Below are positions 8,640-17,647 of a stretch of 64,000 nucleotides of DNA, one piece after another; positions within the stretch are counted from its first letter, which is position 1; every line of letters begins with the position of its first letter. The notes beneath the pieces are model-generated. The model was not told the DNA's origin and did no database searches. It was given only the letters and a program-made list of their open reading frames with translations. The translations under genes and the position numbers were made by a program. Source of the DNA: Acidobacteriota bacterium (lineage in GTDB: Bacteria > Acidobacteriota > UBA6911 > RPQK01 > JAJDTT01); assembly GCA_965217775.1 (NCBI GenBank), contig CBDCJH010000002.1, positions 4,352,001 to 4,416,000 of the forward strand, written 5' to 3'.

Positions 8640-10138
8640 TCGACTCGGCCCTGGGAGTACCAGCGCCGCCTCTTTTGGTCGTAATAGACCCAGAGGATCT
8701 CGCCCCGGCCGGTGGCGACGAACCGGTAGTCCCGCCGGACCTCCCGGCTCCACCATCCTCCGCTGATGAGATAGCCCAGCAGGCGTCCCAGTCCCGGGGA
8801 CCGCTTCCACCGGCCCGCCGACTCCAAGGGAGACCGTTCCAGAGGCCGGGGACGGCCGTGGGCGCGGCGCACCAGGGGGCGCAGGGAGACCGAACGGGGG
8901 CTGGCCGCCGGGAGCTTCTCCAGGGGCCGCCACTCGGAACGGGCTTCCGGAAGATGCCCCGATTTGAGCCGGGCCGAGAGCACCGAATCGGGGCCGAATT
9001 CGGCTCGGATCCGGGCCAGAGCGCGCAGGGCCGCCTCCAGGTTCCGGCGCGGATTCCGTTGCAGGAGGCTCAGCACCTGGGGGGAGGCGGACACCCCCTC
9101 CACTTCCAGGGAAAGCTCCACCGGAGGAACCGGCAGGGAGAGGCTCTCCAGGCGCAATCGGACCAGATCCAACAGGACCGAAACCTTCAAGGTGGGCCGG
9201 GCCGGCTGGATCAGCTCGAGGCGGCGGTCTCCGTCCTCCAGCAGAAGCTGCAACCGGAGGGTGGCCACCTTCTGGCTTCTGTCCGCCGCCGCCATCAACA
9301 AGGGGTCCAGCAACTGCTTGATCCGGAAAAGGAGTCTTGCCGCGTTGGATTCGGGCTCCTCCAGTTCCGTCCGGACACGGAGAGGCTCGGGGATCATTCG
9401 GGGCTGGAGCGGCATCGAAAGCTCACCCGCCGCCAGACGGTACAGGGTCCAGGCCTGGCGTCCAAGATGCCGGTCGATGCCGCCCTGGGGAAGATCCAGG
9501 AAGTCTCCGACGGTGTGAATCCCCAGCTTCTCCAGCCGGTCGCGCAAGTTCGGGGCGATCCGCAGATGCTGCAGGCGCACCTTGCGGCTGCAGACCTCCT
9601 CCAGCTCGAAGGAAGGGAGCACCGTCACCCGGTTCTCCGCCTTGGCGATGGCATAGCTGCCGAAACGGCTGAAGCCGACCACGATGCTCGCCGGCAGCTC
9701 CAGCCGGGAGAAACCGGAGGCCATCTCCCGGGTCCAGTCCTCGAAAGAGCCGTAGAGCCGGTCGAGCCGGGTGGCGTCGACCCAGAAAACCCCGGGTTCG
9801 TCTTCAGAGGGCTCGACCCCGGGACTGAAATCGGCCAGCAGCTCGTGCACCTGCCGGACCGCGGCCCCGATCTCCTCCTCCGAAACCGTGCCCGCACACA
9901 GGTTCCGGTCCAGGGAGAGGCCGGAGGCATAGCGCATCCCCGGCCGAATGCCGGCCCCGGCAGCCGCGGAGTTGACCCCCAGGATGGGACTCTGAGGTTT
10001 CTCCTGCTCCACCACCGCCACCGGCCGCTGCCTCCACTCCGGATGCCTCCTCATCAGGAGCCGTAGCGGCAGCGCCCGGATGTTAATGCAGGCCGTCCGG
10101 TCCACGGCAGATCTCGGTGTGGCGCCAATCCGGTCCAT
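8636..10138 (-). CDS. imuB: ImuB, inactive Y-family polymerase
   Basis: Y-family N-terminus (AAAGAGIRPGM, FSPGVE), LGIHTVGDF, C-terminal GGWW...RRDY; between imuA and dnaE2. Confidence 0.9.
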   Translation of the reverse strand: MDRIGATPRSAVDRTACINIRALPLRLLMRRHPEWRQRPVAVVEQEKPQSPILGVNSAAAGAGIRPGMRYASGLSLDRNLCAGTVSEEEIGAAVRQVHELLADFSPGVEPSEDEPGVFWVDATRLDRLYGSFEDWTREMASGFSRLELPASIVVGFSRFGSYAIAKAENRVTVLPSFELEEVCSRKVRLQHLRIAPNLRDRLEKLGIHTVGDFLDLPQGGIDRHLGRQAWTLYRLAAGELSMPLQPRMIPEPLRVRTELEEPESNAARLLFRIKQLLDPLLMAAADRSQKVATLRLQLLLEDGDRRLELIQPARPTLKVSVLLDLVRLRLESLSLPVPPVELSLEVEGVSASPQVLSLLQRNPRRNLEAALRALARIRAEFGPDSVLSARLKSGHLPEARSEWRPLEKLPAASPRSVSLRPLVRRAHGRPRPLERSPLESAGRWKRSPGLGRLLGYLISGGWWSREVRRDYRFVATGRGEILWVYYDQKRRRWYSQGRVE

Positions 10139-10718
10139 GACGTCTGTCCTTCAAGATCTCGATCCGGTACTGGAAACGATCGACCTCCAGACGGCGGCAG
10201 GAGGTCTGCCCCCGCAGCGAGACCATCGATCCCAGCGACGGCGCCCTCCGGGCCTTGGAGGTCAGGCAGAGGAGGGCGGCATCGTGGGTCCGCGCCTGCT
10301 GGACCAGACGCGCCTGCAGCGGTACGGAAATGGTGGGATTGAAGTTCAGGTCCATCACGATCAGGCCGAAGGCTCCCGATCTCAGGAGGCGGTCCGCCGC
10401 GCGCCCCGCGGCCTGAGCGTCCGGGACGCGAATCACCACCAGGGCATCCAGGTCCACGCCGTTCTCGGCCGCATCCGGAGCGAAGAAGGTGTCCGTCCCG
10501 ACCGCGATCCAGGCCGCCGGCTCCCCCTCCAGTTGTGCGTCCAGCACCAGCCGAAAGGCGGACGTCAGCAGCGCGGCTCCGGAAATCGAGGAGAGCTCGC
10601 AGAGGCGGCCGGCCAACTGCTCCCGGGACCAGAGCGGAGTTTTCGTTCGCGGCGTTGCCGCCGCCCAATCGAGGTGGGTCCTGAGACCCTGCAGATCGAT
10701 GGCTTGCAAGGCTGACAT
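10083..10718 (-). CDS. imuA: ImuA / RecA-like protein
   Basis: GRLCELS, AENGVDLDAL, LLRSGAFGLIVMD; ATG 10718 with AAAGGAGG RBS; operon context. Confidence 0.85.
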   Translation of the reverse strand: MSALQAIDLQGLRTHLDWAAATPRTKTPLWSREQLAGRLCELSSISGAALLTSAFRLVLDAQLEGEPAAWIAVGTDTFFAPDAAENGVDLDALVVIRVPDAQAAGRAADRLLRSGAFGLIVMDLNFNPTISVPLQARLVQQARTHDAALLCLTSKARRAPSLGSMVSLRGQTSCRRLEVDRFQYRIEILKDRRHGPDWRHTEICRGPDGLH

Positions 10719-10728
10719 GCTTCCTCCT

Positions 10729-11346
10729 TTAGTCCAGACTCCTTCTGACTTCGATGACCTTGCCCAGGATCGAGAACGGCTCTCCGTCCTCTCGAGGGAC
10801 GATGGGCTCGAAGGCATCGTTTTCGGGATGCAGCTCGACCCGGCCCTGCTCTTCCCGGTAACGCTTGACGGTCGCCTCTTCCCCCACCAGGGCCACCACG
10901 ATCTCCCCCGGCCTGGCGGCTGGCTGCCGGCGGACGATCACGGTGTCTCCCGGCAGGATGCCGGCCCGGAGCATGCTCTCCCCCTGAACGGTCAGGGCGA
11001 AGAGCTCCCGGTCGTCGAAGGGGCTCTTCTGCACCAGGAGATAGTCGCCCGGGTCCTGCAGGGCCGTGGTCAACTCTCCCGCCTGGACCCGGCCCAGCAT
11101 GGGGATCAGCCGGGTGGAAAGAGACCGCCCCAACTCCGGCAGGCGGTGGGACCGGGCCTTGCCCGAGTCCTTGACCAGCTTCCCCTCGGCCACCAGCGCC
11201 TCCAGATGCTGGCGCGCCGACTGGACCGCCCGGAACCCGAAGGCCTGCTGCACCTCCCGGACGGTGGGCGGAGATCCGTTCAGGATCCTCTCCCGCACGA
11301 ACTCGTAGACTTTTTTGCGCGTCTCCCCAGGTGGCGTATAGGCCAT
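10729..11346 (-). CDS. lexA: LexA repressor
   Basis: wHTH PPTVREV; Ala-Gly cleavage site (GRVQAG); Ser (GESM) and Lys (TVKR) catalytic dyad. Confidence 0.95.
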   Translation of the reverse strand: MAYTPPGETRKKVYEFVRERILNGSPPTVREVQQAFGFRAVQSARQHLEALVAEGKLVKDSGKARSHRLPELGRSLSTRLIPMLGRVQAGELTTALQDPGDYLLVQKSPFDDRELFALTVQGESMLRAGILPGDTVIVRRQPAARPGEIVVALVGEEATVKRYREEQGRVELHPENDAFEPIVPREDGEPFSILGKVIEVRRSLD

Positions 11347-11399
11347 GTCTCCCTCCCTGGCCGTTGACGGCAGAGCGATCGGAAAACTCAGGAAAAGAA

Positions 11400-11429
11400 A
11401 GAATAACAGACATTTGTCTGTTATGTCAA
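11400..11429 (-). promoter_or_regulatory. lexA promoter with palindromic operator candidate ATAACAGACA-TT-TGTCTGTTAT
   Basis: Minus-strand TTGACA at 11424-11429, TATTCT at 11400-11405; perfect 10-bp inverted repeat 11403-11424 across the spacer. Confidence 0.7.
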
Positions 11430-11528
11430 GAATTTCTTGATCCGATCATCACTTTTTTGTCGTGCACCCTTGATTTCATCTCAGGGACTTGTCCAACTCA
11501 TTGAAAACAGGAGCGGGAGCGGCAGCTT

Positions 11529-11610
11529 GGAGCGGCGTCTTTCCAGGCGCCGAATTCCAAAACACAGTACGCCAAAAAGGGCTCGGGAGACTGGAAAGTC
11601 CCCCTCCTGT
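11529..11610. repeat. REP-like hairpin pair
   Basis: GGAGCGGCGTCTTTCCAGGCGCCG and GGGAGACTGGAAAGTCCCCCTCC, same family as 8503-8633. Confidence 0.65.
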
Positions 11611-11628
11611 TGGGAAAGTTCAGCCTTA

Positions 11629-11648
11629 CCTTACCGATATAAGTAAGG
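11629..11648. promoter_or_regulatory. Candidate AbrB-antitoxin operator CCTTAC-N8-GTAAGG
   Basis: Inverted repeat in AT-rich DNA just upstream of the AbrB-family gene. Confidence 0.45.
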
Positions 11649-11685
11649 AATTAATCTATATTGTAAGTCGATTTCAGGTATTGCC

Positions 11686-11919
11686 ATGATCGAATCTTCC
11701 ATTACCGGGAAGGGCCAGACGACACTCCCCAAGGCCGTGCGAGAGACGCTCGGTCTACGGGCCGGGGACCGGGTGCGCTACGTCATCTCCGGCGCCGAGG
11801 TGCGAATTCTGCCGGTGCGTCCCATCGGCCGGCTCTTCGGCGCGCTCAGGCATGACGGGCCCGCCATCAGAGTTGAGGAACTGGAGCAGGCCGTAGCCGG
11901 CAGGGCGGTTGAGGAGTGA
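11686..11919 (+). CDS. AbrB/MazE-family antitoxin (VapB-like)
   Basis: SSITGKGQTTLPKAVRETLGLRAGDRV motif. Confidence 0.9.
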   Translation: MIESSITGKGQTTLPKAVRETLGLRAGDRVRYVISGAEVRILPVRPIGRLFGALRHDGPAIRVEELEQAVAGRAVEE

Positions 11920-13031
11920 TCACGGTCGACACCCATGACCTCGTCCGTTATCTGGCATGCGACCAAGCCGAGCAGGCGGGCAGGGCGGGTTTTTCCGATG
12001 CCATCGGGGACGCGGCCGTTTCGGGCTCGGCGGCGGCTGCGCGGGAGCGGAAGGACGGAAGCCTCTTCCGCATCGATGCCCAGAGTCACATGGTCCCGCC
12101 ACCCGTCCTCGAGTTCATGATGACCCGTGACACCGTCCCCCGGGCCTACGAGCAGGAGGGCGCCTACTACACCCTCACGGGGGAATGGCGCCGGCGCGTC
12201 CGGCCGCAACACCTGGACGTGGACGCCAAGATCGCCGACATGGACCGGGCCGGCATCCGGACCGCCGCCCTCAGCATCAACGACCCCGGACCCGAGTGCT
12301 TCGGCGCCGACGGCCCCAAGGTGGCCAAGCTGGCGCATGATTTCATTCGAGATGCCGCCGAGTCGTATCCGGGCCGTTTCTTCGGGTTGGCGACGCTGCC
12401 GCTCCATCAGATGGAGGAGGCGCTCAAGGAACTGGACCGCTGTGTCGACAAGCTCGGCTTTCGCGGCATCCTGCTCTACTCGAACCTGGCGGGCCGCTTC
12501 CCCGACGAAGACGAGTTCCGTCCTCTGTTCCAGCGCGCCGAGGAGATGGACGTCCCCATCCTGCTGCACCCGGCCTACCCCATGACCTACGATGCCGTGA
12601 AGGGGCGCTCCCTGGTGGGCGGCCTGGGGCTGATGTTCGACACCACCATCGCCCTGGCCCGGATCATCCTTTCCGGGATCCTGGACCGGCACCCCCGGCT
12701 CAAGCTGCTCTGCCCGCACGTGGGCGGAGCGCTCCCCTATCTGATCGGCCGCATGGACCATCAGACCCAGGTGCTCAAGCGGGGCGCAGAGAACATCAGC
12801 CGGCCGCCCAGCGAGTACCTGCGCCAGATCTATCTCGACACCGTCTCGCCCATCGCCCTGGCCATCCGGTACGGCTACGACTTCGCCGGTCCCGACCGGC
12901 TGCTCTATGCCAGCGACCACCCCTGGGTGGACCCCAACCTGATCGTGTCGAAAATCGACAGTCTCGACCTGCCGGCTGCGGATCGGAAGAAGATCTACAC
13001 CGGCAACGCGAAGAAGCTCTTCCAGCTATGA
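11916..13031 (+). CDS. Amidohydrolase (ACMSD-like) fused in frame to a VapC N-terminal remnant
   Basis: N-terminus MITVDTHDLVRYL resembles a PIN start (MIxVDTNVLVRYL); body IDAQSH, ILLHP, PHVGG, LLYASDHPW. Confidence 0.8.
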   Translation: MITVDTHDLVRYLACDQAEQAGRAGFSDAIGDAAVSGSAAAARERKDGSLFRIDAQSHMVPPPVLEFMMTRDTVPRAYEQEGAYYTLTGEWRRRVRPQHLDVDAKIADMDRAGIRTAALSINDPGPECFGADGPKVAKLAHDFIRDAAESYPGRFFGLATLPLHQMEEALKELDRCVDKLGFRGILLYSNLAGRFPDEDEFRPLFQRAEEMDVPILLHPAYPMTYDAVKGRSLVGGLGLMFDTTIALARIILSGILDRHPRLKLLCPHVGGALPYLIGRMDHQTQVLKRGAENISRPPSEYLRQIYLDTVSPIALAIRYGYDFAGPDRLLYASDHPWVDPNLIVSKIDSLDLPAADRKKIYTGNAKKLFQL

Positions 13032-13924
13032 GACCGGCGTCCGGCCGTCCCCAAGAGGCGTCTGCGGCAAGGACTCCTCCCGAGCCCTCTTCCTACCGAT
13101 TCCGGCTCGCCATCTGCAGCGGGACGTTCCAGGGCTGGAGCTTCGCCGAGGCCTGCAAGGGAGCGGTCCGGACCGGCTACGAGGCGATCGAGATCGCACC
13201 CCACCTGCTCTCGGACGATCCCAACTCCCTCTCCGCCGGCCGGCGCAGGGAACTGCGGGACATCCGCGAGTCCGAGGGCCTCCTCTACGCCGGGATGCAC
13301 AACCTGCTCAAGGCCCCCGGCTGGCTTCACCTGACGACGCCGGACCGGACCCGGCGAGAGAGAAGCTGGGACTACTTTCGGGGCCTGGTCGATTTGTGCG
13401 CCGACCTGGGCGACGGCGGTCTGATGATCCTGGGATCGGCCCGGCAGCGCAACGCGGTGAACGGAGCGACGCGCCGGGAGGCCAGGGGCCGCTTGGCCGA
13501 GGGTCTGGCCGCGGTGGCGCCCGATGCCGAGGCACGCGGGGTGCGGATCCTCCTGGAGCCCTTGGCGCCGCATCTTTGCGACGTGGTCAACAATCTGGAG
13601 GAGGCAGTCGCCATCGTCGAGCGGGTCGGCAGCCCGGTAGTGCAGTCCATGTTCGACACCCACAACGCCGTCGACGAGAAGCTGCCCCATGGTGAAGCGA
13701 TCCGGAAACACTACCGCTACCTCAAGCACGTCCACGTCAACGAGCTGGACGGCCGCCACCCGGGCACCGGCGACTACGACTTCAGGCCGGTCCTACAGGC
13801 GTTGAAGGACCTGGCATATCCAGGCTGGGTGTCCCTTGAGGTATTCCACTTCGGTCACGGCCCCGCAAACATCGCTCGAGATTCGGCGAGGTTCATCCGG
13901 GACCTGGAGAAGAAGCTGGTCTAG
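13028..13924 (+). CDS. Sugar phosphate isomerase/epimerase (xylose-isomerase-like TIM barrel)
   Basis: ILLEPL, MFDTHN, HVHVNE, PGTG, WVSLEVF. Confidence 0.88.
   Translation: MRPASGRPQEASAARTPPEPSSYRFRLAICSGTFQGWSFAEACKGAVRTGYEAIEIAPHLLSDDPNSLSAGRRRELRDIRESEGLLYAGMHNLLKAPGWLHLTTPDRTRRERSWDYFRGLVDLCADLGDGGLMILGSARQRNAVNGATRREARGRLAEGLAAVAPDAEARGVRILLEPLAPHLCDVVNNLEEAVAIVERVGSPVVQSMFDTHNAVDEKLPHGEAIRKHYRYLKHVHVNELDGRHPGTGDYDFRPVLQALKDLAYPGWVSLEVFHFGHGPANIARDSARFIRDLEKKLV
13761..13924 (+). repeat. Direct repeat copy 1 (3' end of epimerase gene)
   Basis: About 165 bp similar to 14803-14966. Confidence 0.9.
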
Positions 13925-13995
13925 CAGTTCGCGGCACAAGTCGTCATGTCATTCGACCAGCGTTGCATCTCAGCGGACTGCGTTGTTCCTCCGGC
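13925..13995. mobile_element. Degenerate partial copy of the 158-bp MITE
   Basis: Follows CTAG; CAGTTCGCGGCACAAGTCGTCATGTCATTCGACC resembles the 15014 copy start. Confidence 0.6.
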
Positions 13996-14081
13996 ACGTG
14001 CAGCTAGAAGGAATCTCGCCAGAGAGTAGCCTCACAAATATGCACTTGATGTCATATGATGTGAGAGTCATAATTTAACCT

Positions 14082-14450
14082 GTGAACTGGGAGGTCCGAT
14101 TCGGTCCGGTCTTCGACTCGGAATTCGATAGCCTGTCAACCACTGTGCAGGATGAGCTGCTTGCGTTAGCAACGCTCCTTGAGAGATTCGGTCCGGCTCT
14201 GGGTCGCCCCCGTGTGGATACCTTGAAAGGGTCACGCCACACGAACATGAAAGAACTGCGGTTTCAGGTCGACAACGGTGTGTGGCGGGTCGCTTTTGCC
14301 TTCGATCCTGAGCGGAAAGCCATCCTGCTTGTGGCTGGTGACAAATCCGGATCAAGCAAAAGGCGATTCTACAGACGGCTGATCAGGAAGGCGGATGAAA
14401 GGTTTGATGCGCATCTCGACAGATTGAATGACGAAAGGAGGGCAAGATGA
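14082..14450 (+). CDS. RelE/HigB-family toxin (Gp49-like)
   Basis: GPALGRPRVDTLKGS...MKELRF...WRVAFAFDPERKAILLVAGDK. Confidence 0.9.
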   Translation: MNWEVRFGPVFDSEFDSLSTTVQDELLALATLLERFGPALGRPRVDTLKGSRHTNMKELRFQVDNGVWRVAFAFDPERKAILLVAGDKSGSSKRRFYRRLIRKADERFDAHLDRLNDERRAR

Positions 14451-14785
14451 CGACTCTCACTGAGAGAATCAACAAACTCCCCGCGTCGCGTCGGAAAAGA
14501 GTGGAGGAGCGGGCGAAGGCGCTGATTGCCGAAGAGATGTGTCTCCGAGACCTGCGCAGGGCTCGGAGACAGACGCAGGTGCAGGTTGCAAAGGAACTCG
14601 GGATCAACCAGGAAAACGTGTCCCGTATCGAAAAACGTAGCGACCTGCTGATATCGACCCTCAGTGGCTACGTCCAAGCCATGGGCGGGAGATTGAGCTT
14701 GGTGGCGGAATTCCCCGATCGTCCACCCATCGCACTGACTGGTATTTCAGCTCTGGGTGATGAAACCCCGCCGACAAAGTCATAG
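14447..14785 (+). CDS. XRE/HigA-type antitoxin
   Basis: HTH LRDLRR...TQVQVAKELGINQENVSRIEKRSD; ATGA overlap with toxin. Confidence 0.9.
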   Translation: MTTLTERINKLPASRRKRVEERAKALIAEEMCLRDLRRARRQTQVQVAKELGINQENVSRIEKRSDLLISTLSGYVQAMGGRLSLVAEFPDRPPIALTGISALGDETPPTKS

Positions 14786-14802
14786 TCCTGAAGATGTAGC
14801 AT

Positions 14803-14966
14803 CGGTCACCGCCGACTATGATTTCAGGCCGGTCCTACAGGCGTTGAAGGACCTGGCATATCCAGGCTGGATATCGCTCGAGGTGTTCCACTTCGATCAC
14901 GGCCCCGCAAACATCGCTCGAGATTCGGCGACGTTCATCAAGGACCTGGAAAAGGAGTTGGACTAG
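14803..14966 (+). repeat. Direct repeat copy 2 (duplicated epimerase 3' end)
   Basis: Encodes DYDFRPVLQALKDLAYPGWISLEVFHF...KDLEKELD*. Confidence 0.9.
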
Positions 14967-15009
14967 GAGTCTGCGCCGTAGGGTAGATCAATTTCTGCGG
15001 CGCAGGCTC
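14967..15009. repeat. 43-bp inverted-repeat element flanked by CTAG
   Basis: GAGTCTGCGCCGTAG...CTGCGGCGCAGGCTC; CTAG at 14963-14966 and 15010-15013. Could also act as a terminator. Confidence 0.55.
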
Positions 15010-15013
15010 CTAG

Positions 15014-15171
15014 CAGCCCGTGGCAAAAGTCGTCACGGCATTCGACCGTCCCTGCATCCCGGCGGACTGCGTTGCGACTCGGTCACATACTCCCGGTATG
15101 CTCCCTCATCGCGCCTTGTCCGGCGGGCGCAGGAACGGTCTCGGTGCTCGCGCGACTTTCACCACGGACTG
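15014..15171. mobile_element. 158-bp MITE-like element, copy 2, CTAG target duplication
   Basis: Inverted copy of 587-744; CTAG on both sides. Confidence 0.85.
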
Positions 15172-16218
15172 CTAGGGTTCAGGACTGGACATGGTCCAGA
15201 GCTCCCCAAAGTCCTCCGTCAGAACCTGCTCCAGTTCCTGAGCGACCCGGACGGGGTCCCACTCCGTGGATTCCTTTTCCCACTCATGATGCTGTTGCCG
15301 GCCATCGGTAATCTCCGAGTGGGGCGAGGGCACCCAGAGTCTATCCTTGCGGATGAGCACGTTGGCCAAGATGATGAGCTTGCGCAAGACGGCCGCAAGG
15401 GCCAGCCTCGGCGGTTTACCCCGAGCGCGAAGAGCTCCGTACCTCCCAAGCATTTCGGGGTTGCGGCAAATCATGTAGAGAGACGACAGGTAAATGAGTC
15501 GGCGTACGCTCGCCCTTCCAGACCGGCGCCCCCGCCGAGAGCTAGATCGCTGCTTGCCGGGAGCCACCCCCGCCAGACTGGCTGCGGCCTTGGAATTCAG
15601 CGTGCCGAGTTCCGGCATCTCGGCGATCAGGCCCGCCGCGGTCGTGCTCGGGATGCTCGGGATGGACGTCAGAATTTCGACCCGCCGAGCCAGGGTCCCA
15701 TCCCCTTCCACAATTCGTTGAATCCTTTTGTCGATGGCACCGAGATGCCGTTCGATCTGCTGCAGCAGTTCCTCGGTCTGGCGTTTGATCAGATCGTGGC
15801 GCAGGCTCCAATGGAGGACTCGGTTCCTTGCACGATCCTCGATGAGCGTATCCCGCCCCTCCTGCAGTTCTTTCAGGCTGCACAGCCTCGCCCAGTAGGC
15901 CCTCGCCATCTTGGCCAGTCCCCGCGCATCGACCGTGCCGGTCCTGGCCCACCAACCCAGCGTTTGCACGAATCTCCGCGACTTTGGCAGATGCAACCGC
16001 GTCAATGGCACTCTGCTGCTCTGCAATGCCTCTTCGAACTCGAGATGAAACGATTCGACGGGGACATAGGCCACGCAGGCGACCTTCCGGTCGATCTCTC
16101 CGATCAGCGCGCCGAACCCGGCCGCGTCGTTGGGAAAACGGTCCGACCTCCCCTCGGGCGCCCAATAGACGTCCAGGTGGTCTTTCGAGATGGACACGCC
16201 TACGGTATGAACTTTCAA
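15172..16218 (-). mobile_element. IS110-family recombinase, open frame but catalytically degenerate
   Basis: DEDD-like N-terminus (GVSISKDHLDV, FPNDAAG, RTGTVDA) and Transposase_20 C-terminus (LTSIP...LIAEMPELG...LAGVAP...LRKL). Confidence 0.85.
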
Positions 16219-16586
16219 CTTTTCCCCTCTCCCGTGCGTTTCTTGCGAGCCGTGACGCTCATGTATTTCAAGACGTGGTAAAGGAAGGTGGCTGACCCGA
16301 CTTTCAGACGGCCCCTTCCGGCCAAGGGAATCATGATTCCACTACCCCCAACCACCGGCATTCCATTTCATGCGACGGGGACGGAGCCTTTCTCCAAGTC
16401 CACATTCGTATTCTAACCCGTCGCAACAGTCATCACGACATTCGGCCGGGACGACGGAGGGAGACGCTGTTTACGAAACGTCCATCTGAAAGACTTCGGC
16501 CGCTACGAGGGATCGGCCAAACCGTAGCTCGTGCTGCGGCCCCTTCCCGGATTGCGGGCGAGGAGACCGCGCCGGACCAGGTCGGT

Positions 16587-16736
16587 CAGGAATTTCTGCG
16601 TCACGAGTTGGAACGGATTGCCTCTCGACCGTCACTTGACCTTTGGCTCCAACGCGTTCGCGAGCGCAAGGAAACGGCGGGCACTCGCGTTCGACCCTCC
16701 AGCATTTTGCGCGCCCGGGATGCGGACCGGACGTGA
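16587..16736 (+). pseudogene. 3' remnant of FitA/RHH-type antitoxin
   Basis: QEFLRHELERIASRPS...ILRARDADRT*, stop overlaps the vapC GTG; no start codon recognised upstream. Confidence 0.6.
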
Positions 16737-17131
16737 CGGTCGTCGTCGATGCGTCCGTGTTGGTTGCGGCCCTGGTCGACTCGGGGCGCGAAGGGGTGTG
16801 GGCGGAATCGACGATGGCCGAGGGCTCGCTGGCCGGTCCGGAATTGGTCCTGGCGGAGGTGAGCAACATCTTGCGCCGGTTGGAACGGATCGGGGAAATC
16901 TCGAGGCTCGAGGCCAACAGCGCACACCGCGATCTGCTTCGGCTCGATCCGGACCTGTTCCCATTCGCGCCATTCGCCGACCGGGTGTGGGCTTTGCGGA
17001 GCAACTTGACCAGCTACGACGCGTGGTACGTGGCCTTGGCCGAAGCGTTGGAGTGTCCGCTGGTGACACTTGACCGGAGGCTCAACCGAGCCACCGGCCC
17101 TGTTTGCGAGATTCTCACCCCACCCGGTTAG
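16733..17131 (+). CDS. vapC: VapC PIN-domain toxin
   Basis: VVVDASV, AEV, SYDAWYVALAE, LVTLDRRL. Confidence 0.9.
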   Translation: MTVVVDASVLVAALVDSGREGVWAESTMAEGSLAGPELVLAEVSNILRRLERIGEISRLEANSAHRDLLRLDPDLFPFAPFADRVWALRSNLTSYDAWYVALAEALECPLVTLDRRLNRATGPVCEILTPPG

Positions 17132-17221
17132 TTTGGTTCGAAGAGTAAATTTCCTGACTCTTTGTGGAAAAGTCTGTGGGAAAAGTGTGAATGTCCACAT
17201 TTTTGCCTCTGGAGATCCCGG

Positions 17222-17641
17222 TTGAGGGGCTATCTCCTGGACACCAACGTGGTTTCGGAGCTGACCAGAAACGCTCCGGCTCCTCCCGTCGTCACATTCT
17301 TGTCCGGACACCACGATCTGTGGCTCTCGACGATCGTGTTGCATGAGTTGGAATTCGGCTTGCGACTGCTGCCGCTGGGACAACGGCGCGCTCGCTTGCG
17401 TGCGGCGCTGTCGGATTTCATTACCCGATACGAGCAACGCGTCCTGCCCTTGGAGAGCACGGGCGCGGAGTGGGCTGCCCACTTTCGCGCGCAGGCGCAT
17501 CGTGCCGGCCGCGTGTTGGACCTGGGAGAGGCACTGATTGCCGGAACCGCCAAGGCCCACGACTTGGCGCTCGCAACCGGGAACGTCTCCGACTTCGGGA
17601 GCTTGGACCTCGACCTGGTCAATCCCTGGGAGACGCCGTGA
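17222..17641 (+). CDS. vapC: VapC PIN-domain toxin, orphan
   Basis: YLLDTNVVSEL...ELEFG...ALIAGTA...LATGNVSDF...NPW; TTG start; no antitoxin directly upstream. Confidence 0.85.
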   Translation: MRGYLLDTNVVSELTRNAPAPPVVTFLSGHHDLWLSTIVLHELEFGLRLLPLGQRRARLRAALSDFITRYEQRVLPLESTGAEWAAHFRAQAHRAGRVLDLGEALIAGTAKAHDLALATGNVSDFGSLDLDLVNPWETP

Positions 17642-17647
17642 CGGGGG

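Noticed and set aside
17162-17200. DnaA-box-like TGTGGAAAA cluster as a replication origin
   Set aside because: Only one good match, no DUE or origin gene context.
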